A stretch of DNA of 46,596 nucleotides from Candidatus Latescibacterota bacterium (GCA_038279365.1 JAYODI010000031.1:9017-55612), one strand, 5' to 3'. Counted from the first letter of the stretch, positions 12,491 through 21,959 are shown. The notes: a model not told the origin generated them from the letters alone. A program made the numbers and translations.

Positions 12491-12865
12491 TTACTTTGTA
12501 AATCGAATCAATCTGATAACTTCTGTACCCAATTTATCATTTATTTGTTTTCGATAATTTTCTCGTTCAAACATCAAATGATACCGCCAGGTGGCATGCT
12601 TAACAGATACCAATAGCTCACCATGTCGAATGCGATACGCACTTGTTACTTCTGCAATCTGCTCCCCAACTATTTGAGGCCAAAGAGACATGGCTCTTTG
12701 TTCTCGAAATTTTTCCGCCAAACCCAATTTGTCAACAGCATTGCGTATAGCATCTCCAATAGAAACCGCATGTTGTGTCGCACTTCTGCTTTGCCTTAGA
12801 CTGTATACGCCGCTTTTTCGACGATCTGTTTCCGGATCAATTTCTTGCATTTTTGGGAGCATCAT
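12491..12865 (-). CDS. dciA: DUF721 / DciA helicase-loader family protein
   Basis: WPQIVGEQIAEVT...GELLVSV...W...L...IN..LG...I..IRF pattern, in the conserved position between recF and gyrB. Confidence 0.8.
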   Translation of the reverse strand: MMLPKMQEIDPETDRRKSGVYSLRQSRSATQHAVSIGDAIRNAVDKLGLAEKFREQRAMSLWPQIVGEQIAEVTSAYRIRHGELLVSVKHATWRYHLMFERENYRKQINDKLGTEVIRLIRFTK

Positions 12866-13947
12866 AATTCCAAAAGTTGAAATCCTCGCGCCTTAAAATC
12901 CAAATCGGGATCACGCGCAGAGGTCAGTATCACCTGCCCAAATGACGGGATCATAGACAACAGTGCATCAGATCTTTTGGGATCAAGCTCACTAAAAATA
13001 TCGTCCATCAACAACACCGGACGCCACCCTGTTTGCTTTTCTAAAAAGGTTGCTTCGGCCAATTTCCAAGAAAGCAACACACTTTTCAGTTGTCCTTTTG
13101 ATGCAAATTGATGCGCAGCTTTATTGTCTAATGTAAAAACCAAATTATCGCGATGTGGTCCCGTAAGGGTATATCTCAATTCCACTTCTTGAGGTAACTT
13201 TTCTTCCAAAGCCTTTTCGATAATGGCTTGGCCATTGTCTAAATCTTCATACGCCACAGGACTGCGATAAACGGCCCTTAATTTTTCGGATGTGGGCGCA
13301 ATTTCTTGATAATAGGTGTTGAGCAACAACTCGATGTCGTGTAATGCTCGCAAACGATATGCAACGATACGGCTTCCCAACTCTGCCAATTGTTTGTTCC
13401 AAGGCATCATTTGCTCTGGGCGAGACAATAAAGCGGGGCCACGATCTTTTAATAAACGATTGCGTTGAGCCAATATGCGTTGATATAACTCTAAATCGGA
13501 TAGATAGGAAGAACTTGATTGTGAAACGAGGATATCTAAAATACGTCTGCGTTGAGCAGGTTCTCGCAAAACCAGATCAACATCTTCGGGGGAAAAAAGG
13601 ACGGCATTAAACTCGCCAATAAGATCAGACAATCGGGGGAGTGAAGCGTGATTAACCAAAGCCTGTTTTTTACCCACGCGTGGGTCATAGGCAATTCGAA
13701 TCGGAAATTCGAGGTCCTCGCGTATGATTTGCGCCTCAATGGCAAAATAATCTGTACCCCACTGAAGTACATCGCGATCTTTGGCACCACGACCCGATTT
13801 TGATAACGCCAAAAAATAGAGCGCTTCTAAAAGATTAGACTTGCCACGGGCATTGTCAGCCCATATGGCTGTTCTTTCTCGGTCAAATGAGAATTCTGCC
13901 CGCTCAAAATTCCGAAAATTCGTCAACTTCAGTGACGAAACATACAA
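12862..13947 (-). CDS. recF: DNA replication and repair protein RecF
   Basis: NFRNF, Walker A NARGKSNLLEA, GPHRDNL, SKGQ, PVLLMDDIFSELD. Confidence 0.95.
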   Translation of the reverse strand: MYVSSLKLTNFRNFERAEFSFDRERTAIWADNARGKSNLLEALYFLALSKSGRGAKDRDVLQWGTDYFAIEAQIIREDLEFPIRIAYDPRVGKKQALVNHASLPRLSDLIGEFNAVLFSPEDVDLVLREPAQRRRILDILVSQSSSSYLSDLELYQRILAQRNRLLKDRGPALLSRPEQMMPWNKQLAELGSRIVAYRLRALHDIELLLNTYYQEIAPTSEKLRAVYRSPVAYEDLDNGQAIIEKALEEKLPQEVELRYTLTGPHRDNLVFTLDNKAAHQFASKGQLKSVLLSWKLAEATFLEKQTGWRPVLLMDDIFSELDPKRSDALLSMIPSFGQVILTSARDPDLDFKARGFQLLEL

Positions 13948-13959
13948 CGGAACACCTGC

Positions 13960-15123
13960 TTAATCATTAAGACGGAGGGGCATGAGCAAACAAAGATAAT
14001 CTTCACCATCCATTTGTTCACCCGGACGAATAATGCCTGCAGAAACTGCACTGTCTAATTCAAACAAAACATCATCAGATTCAATGCGTCGAAGTGCATC
14101 TTGCAAATAACCCGAATTATAACCTATCACCATATCATCTGCATCGTAGTCAATATTTAGGCTTTCTCGTGCTTCTCCACCTATTTCTTGACTTGTGGCT
14201 GACAAACCCAACTGGTTCTTTTTAATGTCTAAACGCAATTGATGGGTTTGCGCACTGGCCAAAATAGATACCCGTCGAACTGCAGGCAGGAGCAAACTAT
14301 TTGAAACACGTAAACGCTTGCCATTGTTTTGAGGGATAACTTGTTCATAATCAACAAATGGCCCCTCAATGAGCCGAGAAAAGAGGTGAATATCTCCTCC
14401 TGCATCTTTAAGCACAAACATCACATGGCTTTGACCAAATCGGGCATGGCTTAATTCTGCACCACTTGACATCAATTTGACAAGGTGATTGAGGGCACGT
14501 GGTGGCACAATCGCATCTGTTGCACCATCGGGCAAGCCTTGTTGGGCACGAGAATATTTAACCAATCGATGCCCATCTGTAGCAACCATGGTCATACGCC
14601 CGTCACCCACCTGCCAAAGCACACCATTTAAAACGGGCCGAGTTTCGTCACGAGAAACAGCAAATGCGGTTTTAGACACCATATCACTAATGACATCACT
14701 GTTGGGTGCCTCTTCGCCCTCATCGGAAAATTGAATCTCTGGGCCATCAATTTCGGAGGGTAATTCAGGAAAGTCATCTGCTGGCACAGACATCAACGCA
14801 TAGGTTCCTTCTGCACCGCTTTGGCGTTGAATGGTTACACGCCCCTCTTCAGAGGTTAATAAAAGGGGCTCTTCTGGCAGCTCTCTCACAATTTCCGAAA
14901 ATTTTCGGGCAGGCACCGTTGTTGCCCCAGGTTCCTCAATTGACGCTGATAAAGTGCAGGTAATTGAAATATCCAAATCTGTGGCACTCATTTGCACGGC
15001 ATGGCCATTTCGTGCATCGATTAAAATATTCGACAACACAGGCAACGCAGTCTTAGATGGAACGATATCGAGTACTGCCTGAATTCCTTTTAGCAGTTCC
15101 TCTCGTTCAATAGCGACTTTCAT
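13960..15123 (-). CDS. dnaN: DNA polymerase III beta sliding clamp
   Basis: LPVLSNILI, ATDLDI, DETRPVLNGV, VATDGHRL, SRLIEGPFVDYEQVIP and C-terminal LLMPLRL. Confidence 0.97.
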   Translation of the reverse strand: MKVAIEREELLKGIQAVLDIVPSKTALPVLSNILIDARNGHAVQMSATDLDISITCTLSASIEEPGATTVPARKFSEIVRELPEEPLLLTSEEGRVTIQRQSGAEGTYALMSVPADDFPELPSEIDGPEIQFSDEGEEAPNSDVISDMVSKTAFAVSRDETRPVLNGVLWQVGDGRMTMVATDGHRLVKYSRAQQGLPDGATDAIVPPRALNHLVKLMSSGAELSHARFGQSHVMFVLKDAGGDIHLFSRLIEGPFVDYEQVIPQNNGKRLRVSNSLLLPAVRRVSILASAQTHQLRLDIKKNQLGLSATSQEIGGEARESLNIDYDADDMVIGYNSGYLQDALRRIESDDVLFELDSAVSAGIIRPGEQMDGEDYLCLLMPLRLND

Positions 15124-15248
15124 TTTTTACATGCCTCCCATTTAGTATGAGATAAATTAAAGCCAAAAAACGTGTATGAATTATTTAAAACTCACATATT
15201 TTGGACTATGGATAACCTACTCATTATTAATAATGCCACAGACAGTTT

Positions 15249-15277
15249 AATCTACTCATTTTTAGCCGTTTTGTCAA
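15249..15277 (-). promoter_or_regulatory. Sigma70 promoter for dnaN, with a downstream DnaA-box-like site
   Basis: Minus strand TTGACA-17 bp-TAGATT. TTATCCATA (8/9 match to the DnaA box) lies at about 15208-15216 in the leader. Confidence 0.6.
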
Positions 15278-15823
15278 TGTATAAACATCACGTCATTATT
15301 GCTACAAACAATTAAAAAACAGTATTTTATTGCATGAAAAAAAATGGCAAGTTTTTATATGCCTATGTATTTTCCCATCAACCATTCAAAACCCACTTTT
15401 TTTTATCTACAAAACGACATTTTTAACTTCATAATCAACCCCAAGTGATACGTTGTTGACAAGCCATATCTAAAAAATTCTAACATGAAATACTCCTAAA
15501 TTGCCAAACCCAAAACGACTTTATTCATTTTATCTTTTTGCCCGCAGTCTCATGGGTGTCTTTCTGAGATGACAGGGATTGCTAAGTTATTAAACCCAAT
15601 AGCTCGTGAAGACATCACACTTCTATTGGGCACATTTGAATAAAAAGCAGTCTGGCAGTCAGCTCATCCCTCCTTGACCTTCGATTAGGGTTTAAGCTGA
15701 CTGCCAGTGGATTCGATAAACTCACGAATTATTTTGCTTCAACACGTAAGTCCTAAACGGTTTTTAAAACCAGAAACCATTTCACCATCACCGCACGGTC
15801 CCTTCGCTGAATTCTTTTTTCCA

Positions 15824-16250
15824 GAATCCACAACAATCCTTTTGATTTTCAATTCCAAACCACATACACACATCACATGTGGATAACATTTTTACTTCCC
15901 TCAATCCCACTTTCTGCAAAACGCTATTTATTATACACTTAAAGATATTGTGCACAGGAAGTGCACAATGTGCATGCATGTGGAAAACATGGTGGACACA
16001 CTGTGGATTCGATATGTGGAAAACTCATCCACATTTTCCACAGTGGAAAACCACAGGGTTTTGCACATGTTCTCCACACATAATCCACAATGCCAAATTG
16101 GCAGTTGCCAATATAACCTATTGATCTTAAACAGAGCTATTGGAGCCTGTGCAACTTATCCACACAATCCACCGTGTTATTGTTGTTATCATGAACATGT
16201 ACAAAAAACTCATTTATTTTAAAATCATGATAATACATGTGGAGAAGGTT
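15824..16250. other. Replication origin oriC (DnaA-box cluster, IHF-like site, DnaA-trios, AT-rich region)
   Basis: Perfect boxes TGTGGATAA (15878-15886) and TTATCCACA (16156-16164), plus degenerate boxes at about 15979, 16002, 16015, 16025, 16034, 16070, 16081 and 16165. IHF-like TAACCTATTGATC at 16114-16126, trio-like GTG TTA TTG TTG TTA at 16174-16188, then an AT-rich stretch. Located between dnaA and dnaN; by eye the plus strand is C-rich to the left and G/T-rich to the right. Confidence 0.88.
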
Positions 16251-16298
16251 TAATTTGTTCAAAATCGAACATCATCCATATGCTTAAAAAGAAAACAT

Positions 16299-16331
16299 AA
16301 AAAAAGCTGGATTCATAAAGAACCCAGCTTT
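16299..16331 (-). terminator. dnaA terminator
   Basis: AAAAAAAGCTGG..CCAGCTTT hairpin with a minus-strand T tail, just after the dnaA stop. Confidence 0.7.
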
Positions 16332-16355
16332 AAACAAAACATATGAGAATCAAAA

Positions 16356-17774
16356 TTATCCAACAATTTGGTTTTGTAACTGATTAACCAAATCTTCGAA
16401 CTCTGGATCTTTGGTCAACTTATGCTCAACACTTCGACAGGCGTGAATTACGGTGGTATGATCTCGATTTCCAAATTGAATACCAATTGTCTTGAGAGGC
16501 GCACCTGTTAAAGACTTGCTCAGATACATACTGATATGTCTTGCTGTGGCAACGTCCTGTTTTCGCGTTGAACCCACCAATTTCTCAGTTGGTATTTGAA
16601 AGAAATCGGAAGCTGCTTTCAATATACCTTCAATACTCACTGTTGTGATTCGTTTTTGTGGTCTACTTAATAATGTTTCTCGTGCTGTTTCCACATTCAG
16701 CTCACATCCACGTAGCTTCGTATAAGCGACCAATCGTTTCAAGGCGCCTTCTAACTCCCGAATGTTGGTATCGACGTGCTCAGCCAAGTATTGGACCACC
16801 TCAGGAGGCAATAACACATCAACCTCTTCGGCTTTTTGCAAAATGATGGCAACACGCGTGCTTAAGTCCGGTGCACTAATGTCGGTAACGACACCCCATT
16901 GAAACCGAGAAATAAGCCGATCTTCAAAACCTTTTAAATCGGCGGGGGGGCGATCTGAACTGATAACGATTTGCTTGTCACTTTGATGTAATGCATTAAA
17001 TGTGTGTATAAACTCGCGTTGGCAACCTTCTGTTTTAACATAAAACTGAATGTCATCCACCAACAACACATCTGCTTGTCGATAAATACGGTGAAAATCC
17101 GAAGTGTCTTTTTTGTTTACACCTTCAATATAATCTGAAAAAAACTTCTCAGCTGTTACATAAACCACATTTTTGGCTGAACCTGTTTGAATACAATGAT
17201 CACCAATGGCTTGTAACAAATGCGTTTTACCCAATCCAACGCCTCCATAGAGAACCAATGGATTAAACGCAGTTTGTCCAGGGGATTCAGCAACAGCTTT
17301 GGCCACTGAAAACGAAAATTCATTGCTTTCTCCAACCACAAAATTATCAAAACGATAGCGTGGATTTAGTGGGAAAACAGGTTTGTTGGTTTTTGTTTCG
17401 GATGTGGTGTAAATGGGTGGTGAATTCGTTGGCGAAAGCGCGGGAGCATTGGGCTCAGGTTGTTGAAACTGAATGGGTACTTGTTCGGCCTGAGGAACTT
17501 CTTGATCCGTTGGTTGGAGGAGCTGAACACCCACTGCAAATGCCAATTTGGGTTGCCATGATAATTCTTCTTGAATGGTTGAGAGGATCAACCAAGCGTA
17601 ATGTTCTTCCAGCCAATCGGCAAAGAAAGAATTGGGCACCTCAATTACCGCCTCTTCTGCAGTTAAACGACGTGCAGAAGTAGGCGCAAACCAAGTTGCA
17701 AAACTCTGTGGCTGAATTTTGCCTTGAATTGATTGGAGACACCGACGCCAAAGGTCAGTGGAGATGTTCGTCAT
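16356..17774 (-). CDS. dnaA: Chromosomal replication initiator DnaA
   Basis: Domain I (W...L...F.TW), FDNFVVG, NPLVLYGGVGLGKTHL, VLLVDDIQF, RLISRF, NIRELEGAL and domain IV FGNRDHTTVIHA. Start taken at the ATG at 17774. Confidence 0.96.
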   Translation of the reverse strand: MTNISTDLWRRCLQSIQGKIQPQSFATWFAPTSARRLTAEEAVIEVPNSFFADWLEEHYAWLILSTIQEELSWQPKLAFAVGVQLLQPTDQEVPQAEQVPIQFQQPEPNAPALSPTNSPPIYTTSETKTNKPVFPLNPRYRFDNFVVGESNEFSFSVAKAVAESPGQTAFNPLVLYGGVGLGKTHLLQAIGDHCIQTGSAKNVVYVTAEKFFSDYIEGVNKKDTSDFHRIYRQADVLLVDDIQFYVKTEGCQREFIHTFNALHQSDKQIVISSDRPPADLKGFEDRLISRFQWGVVTDISAPDLSTRVAIILQKAEEVDVLLPPEVVQYLAEHVDTNIRELEGALKRLVAYTKLRGCELNVETARETLLSRPQKRITTVSIEGILKAASDFFQIPTEKLVGSTRKQDVATARHISMYLSKSLTGAPLKTIGIQFGNRDHTTVIHACRSVEHKLTKDPEFEDLVNQLQNQIVG

Positions 17775-18128
17775 AGACCTATCCATGCCAAAGGCAGCTA
17801 ACCACCTGTGGGGTTTTAGCATGTATATAAGGTTATTAAAATGAGGGGAGCTTTTTCTTAAAGCCGGGGGAAAGGCAAGCATTTTATTAGAGAGGGGGAA
17901 ATCAAGTCTGCCCCAGGGGGAAAGAGGAACAGAAGCGCTCTAATGCTAAAAATGCAACAATATCCGGTCAAAAAGCAGAAAAAAGCATGTCCTAAAACTT
18001 TACTTTTGGGAGATCCTGATGAAACAAATATCAGGTCTGAACAAACTATAAAAACACCTGAATGAAGTCAAGGGTCTTTTACATGTCCTTATTTTTTGTA
18101 AGAGATTGAAAAGCATAACGTTATAACA

Positions 18129-18176
18129 AAAATCTATATAGTGTATATAAAAAAAAATTACTACCATATATAGTGT
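18129..18176. promoter_or_regulatory. Tandem NrdR-box-like sites between dnaA and rpmH
   Basis: CTACCATATATAGTGT (18161-18176) and AAAATCTATATAGTGT (18129-18144), 32 bp apart, compared with the consensus acaCwAtATaTwGtgt. Confidence 0.55.
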
Positions 18177-18212
18177 ACAAATAAAACATAAGTAAGATAT
18201 ATGTGAAAAATC

Positions 18213-18241
18213 TTGACAAAATAATGCCAAGCCTCTATATT
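18213..18241 (+). promoter_or_regulatory. Sigma70 promoter for rpmH-rnpA-yidC-mnmE
   Basis: TTGACA-17 bp-TATATT. Confidence 0.8.
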
Positions 18242-18307
18242 TTTCGAGCTATAAATCATGCAGATTATTGAAAATGTTATATTTAAACCAGACTCAAGGA
18301 TTTAATT

Positions 18308-18442
18308 ATGAAACGTACATTTCAGCCCCACAATCGTAAGCGTAAAAATAAGCACGGTTTTAGAAGCCGCATGTCCACGCCAGGTGGACGGCGTGTTTTG
18401 AGTGAACGTCGACGCAAAGGTCGCAAACGCTTATCACATTAA
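18308..18442 (+). CDS. rpmH: 50S ribosomal protein L34 (not in the ORF track)
   Basis: Translated by hand: [44 protein letters not shown], 44 aa, with an AAGGA SD. Confidence 0.97.
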   Translation: MKRTFQPHNRKRKNKHGFRSRMSTPGGRRVLSERRRKGRKRLSH

Positions 18443-18448
18443 CATTGG

Positions 18449-18781
18449 TTGAATAAGATGGGACGACCCAATCTTCGTCTTCGAAGTGAAGTCGGCAAAG
18501 TTCGACAAGTGGGTCAGATTTACCGTGGGCGTTGGGTTCATGTTCGGATGGGCAAATCTGAGCAGGATCGAACGCTTATTTCTGTACGCAAGAAATTTGG
18601 CAATGCCGTATATCGAAATCGCATTCGCAGACAGATTCGCGCTATTTGCCAAGATATCATTCCACAGGGACATCCTAATTTTTTGTTAATCATCGCCGTG
18701 GGTGATCGTTCACGCGGTGTATCATTTGCCGATTTGCGTTTGGATCTTCATAACGCATTTTCTGATCTTCGGCTTATTTGA
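18449..18781 (+). CDS. rnpA: Ribonuclease P protein component
   Basis: RNR motif ISVRKKFGNAVYRNRIRRQIR, directly after rpmH. The start may instead be the ATG at 18458. Confidence 0.9.
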   Translation: MNKMGRPNLRLRSEVGKVRQVGQIYRGRWVHVRMGKSEQDRTLISVRKKFGNAVYRNRIRRQIRAICQDIIPQGHPNFLLIIAVGDRSRGVSFADLRLDLHNAFSDLRLI

Positions 18782-18870
18782 TTCCTACCTTTGGCCCACA
18801 CAATATTCATCCTCTTCGTTTTCTACCCCAAATCCAACATTTGATAAAATATATTTAAGAAGGAATTTTC

Positions 18871-20592
18871 ATGGACAGACGTACCGTTCTGGCCTTTGCG
18901 TTGATTGGCCTTATCCTTGTGTTGATGCCATACTATATGCGTTGGATTTATGGCGACAATTATGACAAAATGCAGTCTGTTTCTGAACAAGTTCAAAATT
19001 TGCCAGATGAAACCAAATCCCTTCGATCTTCAGATACACCATCCTCTCGTAGTTCTGCGCGATCCACTCAAATAGATAATATCGATAATAATACGTCTCA
19101 ACCATCAACAGAATCTGCCCAACCCATCACCTTTGAACCCAAAGATATTGTTATTGATACCGAACGTTTTCAGGCAACACTCTCTACGATGGGTGGGGTT
19201 ATTACCAGTTGGAAATTAAAGGATCATTTGACCCGATCTGGTGAGTGGTTGGAACTTATTGCCCCTGATAAACACGGTTTGGGTGTTTCTATTCAAAATG
19301 AATCTCAAGACCATTTGGAATTTCATTCTTCGACAAGTCGCATAGAATTGGCTGGCAATCAACAAGAAGAACTTATTTTGCGTGCCAATAGTGGATTTGG
19401 TTTTATTGAAAAACGTATTCTTTTTCAGGGCAACCGATATCATATGAAACTGGATGTCTCTGTTGAAAACTTACCCAGGGATGCCGATATCAGCATTCGT
19501 TGGAACGGGGCTTTGGCAGATACAGAAGAAACAGGTGGTGAGTCGGGGGGATTTTATGCTGCCAATTATGAGCAAGTTGTCACTTATGCTGGGGGAGAGG
19601 TTGAAGTTTGGGATTTGGCTCGAATTCAAGATGACGAAGAACCTCCCAGCGGTCAAATTACATGGGTTGGTATTCGCAACAAATATTTTTTGTCGGCCAT
19701 CATTCCATCAGAAGGTCGTTATGTTTTAAAATTGGATGCTGAGTCTGTAGCAGATGAAAATGGCATTGGCAGACCCGACTTTGACGTTGAGTTGGTCTCC
19801 GACAATTCAGAGAGTGTTGTACAGGCTGATTTGTTTATTGGTCCTATTTCTTACAATGAACTTCGTCGACAAAACACTTCTTTAAATGGTGAAGTTCGTG
19901 AACTGGATTTGGATGAATTTGTAGATTATGGGCCTTCATTTTTACGCACGATTTTGAAACCCGTAACGATTTTGATTCTCAAATTATTTTCGGCCATTCA
20001 TGTGTTGGTCCCAAATTATGGTGTTGTAATCATCTTATTCTCACTAATTGTGAAAATTGTGGTATTTCCTTTGACCCATAAGAGTTTGGAATCTGCAGCC
20101 AAGATGCAACAGATGCAACCCAAGATTGCAGAACTCAAAGAGAAATACAAAGATCCACAAAAGATGAATCAAGCCATGATGAAACTTTACAAAGATGAAA
20201 AGATCAATCCATTGGGTGGATGTTTGCCTATGCTTCTTCAAATGCCCATTTTGTTTTCCCTTTTCTCTTTGTTTAGAGGAACCATTGAATTGCGTCATGC
20301 TGGCTTTGTCTTTTGGATCAATGATCTATCTCAGCCAGATACAATTATGATTGCAGGTTTTGCACTTCATGTCTTGCCATTTTTGATGGGCATTTCTATG
20401 TTCATACAACAGAAGATGACGATGAAAGATCCCAAACAAGCGGCTCTTGTGTACATCATGCCTGTTTTTATGACGTATATTTTCTGGACGATGTCTTCTG
20501 GTTTGGTGTTTTATTATACGCTTTATAATGTCTTTACGCTTGCTCAGCAAGTCATCATGGAGCGTACAAAAACGGCTTTGGCCAAAAAGTAA
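18871..20592 (+). CDS. yidC: Membrane protein insertase YidC
   Basis: N-terminal TM segment, periplasmic domain, NYGVVIILFSLIVK, KINPLGGCLPMLLQMP, ELRHA.F.FWI.DLS.PD, SGLVFYY. Confidence 0.96.
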   Translation: MDRRTVLAFALIGLILVLMPYYMRWIYGDNYDKMQSVSEQVQNLPDETKSLRSSDTPSSRSSARSTQIDNIDNNTSQPSTESAQPITFEPKDIVIDTERFQATLSTMGGVITSWKLKDHLTRSGEWLELIAPDKHGLGVSIQNESQDHLEFHSSTSRIELAGNQQEELILRANSGFGFIEKRILFQGNRYHMKLDVSVENLPRDADISIRWNGALADTEETGGESGGFYAANYEQVVTYAGGEVEVWDLARIQDDEEPPSGQITWVGIRNKYFLSAIIPSEGRYVLKLDAESVADENGIGRPDFDVELVSDNSESVVQADLFIGPISYNELRRQNTSLNGEVRELDLDEFVDYGPSFLRTILKPVTILILKLFSAIHVLVPNYGVVIILFSLIVKIVVFPLTHKSLESAAKMQQMQPKIAELKEKYKDPQKMNQAMMKLYKDEKINPLGGCLPMLLQMPILFSLFSLFRGTIELRHAGFVFWINDLSQPDTIMIAGFALHVLPFLMGISMFIQQKMTMKDPKQAALVYIMPVFMTYIFWTMSSGLVFYYTLYNVFTLAQQVIMERTKTALAKK

Positions 20593-20599
20593 ATAGGGT

Positions 20600-21958
20600 G
20601 TGATGCGCTCTTCTGATATCGATACGATTGTTGCCATTGCAACGGCCCAAGGACAAGGGGCTATTGGCATCGTTCGTTTGAGTGGTCCCGATGCGATTGT
20701 TTTGGCTGATCAATGTTTTCAAGGACGCCGTCGTCTTATTGATGTAACACCCAGGATGTTGGTATATGGTAAATTTGTTTCTTCTGGCCAAGACCTTGAT
20801 GAGGTCTTGGCCTCTGTTATGTACGGCCCCAACTCTTATACGGGTGAAAATACGGTAGAATTTAACTGCCATGGCGGGCCGTTTTTACTTCGGCGTGCTG
20901 TTGAAACCCTGGTTCTTTTGGGTGCACGATTGGCATTACCTGGTGAATTTACCAAACGCGCCTTTTTAAATGGTAAGATCGATTTATCCCAAGCCCAAGC
21001 CGTTGCTGACATGATAGCCGCTCCTTCTGATTTGAGTTTGAAATCGGCATACTTTCAATTGCGGGGTGGACTGAAAGATCGGTTTAATAAAATGGCCGAC
21101 AATTTGAGACAGGTTGCTATGCTTTTGGAAGCTGGATTGGATTTTTCAGAAGATGTGGATATTGATATGGTGAAAGTCAAAGAGTCACTTCAAAAAACTT
21201 GTGATGAAACGGATTGTTTGATTGACTCTTACCAGCATGGAAAGCTCATTCGGGAGGGTGCGTTGATTGCACTTGTGGGTAAGCCCAATGTGGGTAAATC
21301 GAGTTTGATGAACCGGTTGCTTGAAGAAGACCGTGCCATTGTTGCTGACATACCTGGCACAACGCGCGATACCATTGAAGAAGGAATAGATCTTAATGGA
21401 ATTCAGGCCACGCTTGTTGATACCGCGGGCATTCGAGATACTGACGATCCTATTGAGCGTGAGGGCACGCGACGTTCACGGCAGTTTATTGAACGAGCGG
21501 ACGTTGTTTTATATATTGTTGATGGATCTCAACCGCCCAGTTTTGACGACGAAGTTCTGCTTCAAGCTTTTGATTCTGATAAGGGTCTTTTGATCTTGAA
21601 TAAGTCTGATATGGGTATTCACACCTCCTGGAGCCAATCCAACAATACACCAGCCCTTGCGATTTCAGCGCGTCACGGTGATGGGATAGATGTTCTTCGT
21701 CAAACTATCCATGAAAAACTTGTTGGGCAAACGCAAATCTCTTTTGAAATACTTACTCAAGAGCGACAAATGATTGCTTTGAAACAAGGTAGAGAAGGCC
21801 TTGTCCATGCCCTTGAAAGCCTTGAGTTGGGAAATCCTGGTGAACTGATTGCAATGGATGTTCGCATTGCATTAGATGCCCTTTCGGATATTATTGGCGA
21901 AACCACAGCAGATGATGTTCTCGATAAAATTTTTACGACCTTTTGTATTGGAAAGTAA
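20600..21958 (+). CDS. mnmE: tRNA modification GTPase MnmE (TrmE)
   Basis: DTIVAIAT, CHGG, GEFTKRAFLNGK, GKPNVGKSS, GTTRD, DTAG, NKSD and C-terminal FCIGK. Confidence 0.97.
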   Translation: MMRSSDIDTIVAIATAQGQGAIGIVRLSGPDAIVLADQCFQGRRRLIDVTPRMLVYGKFVSSGQDLDEVLASVMYGPNSYTGENTVEFNCHGGPFLLRRAVETLVLLGARLALPGEFTKRAFLNGKIDLSQAQAVADMIAAPSDLSLKSAYFQLRGGLKDRFNKMADNLRQVAMLLEAGLDFSEDVDIDMVKVKESLQKTCDETDCLIDSYQHGKLIREGALIALVGKPNVGKSSLMNRLLEEDRAIVADIPGTTRDTIEEGIDLNGIQATLVDTAGIRDTDDPIEREGTRRSRQFIERADVVLYIVDGSQPPSFDDEVLLQAFDSDKGLLILNKSDMGIHTSWSQSNNTPALAISARHGDGIDVLRQTIHEKLVGQTQISFEILTQERQMIALKQGREGLVHALESLELGNPGELIAMDVRIALDALSDIIGETTADDVLDKIFTTFCIGK

Positions 21959-21959
21959 A

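Noticed and set aside
15605..15619. CRP site CGTGA-N5-TCACA
   Set aside because: The spacer is 5 rather than 6 bp; it is better explained as the inner stem of an RNA hairpin.
15788..16222. Short ORFs within oriC
   Set aside because: They are translations of DnaA-box repeats (His/Cys/Trp-rich) with no recognisable protein features.
17775..17882. N-terminal extension of DnaA
   Set aside because: Domain I similarity starts near the ATG at 17774; the upstream part looks like a leader carrying repeated motifs.
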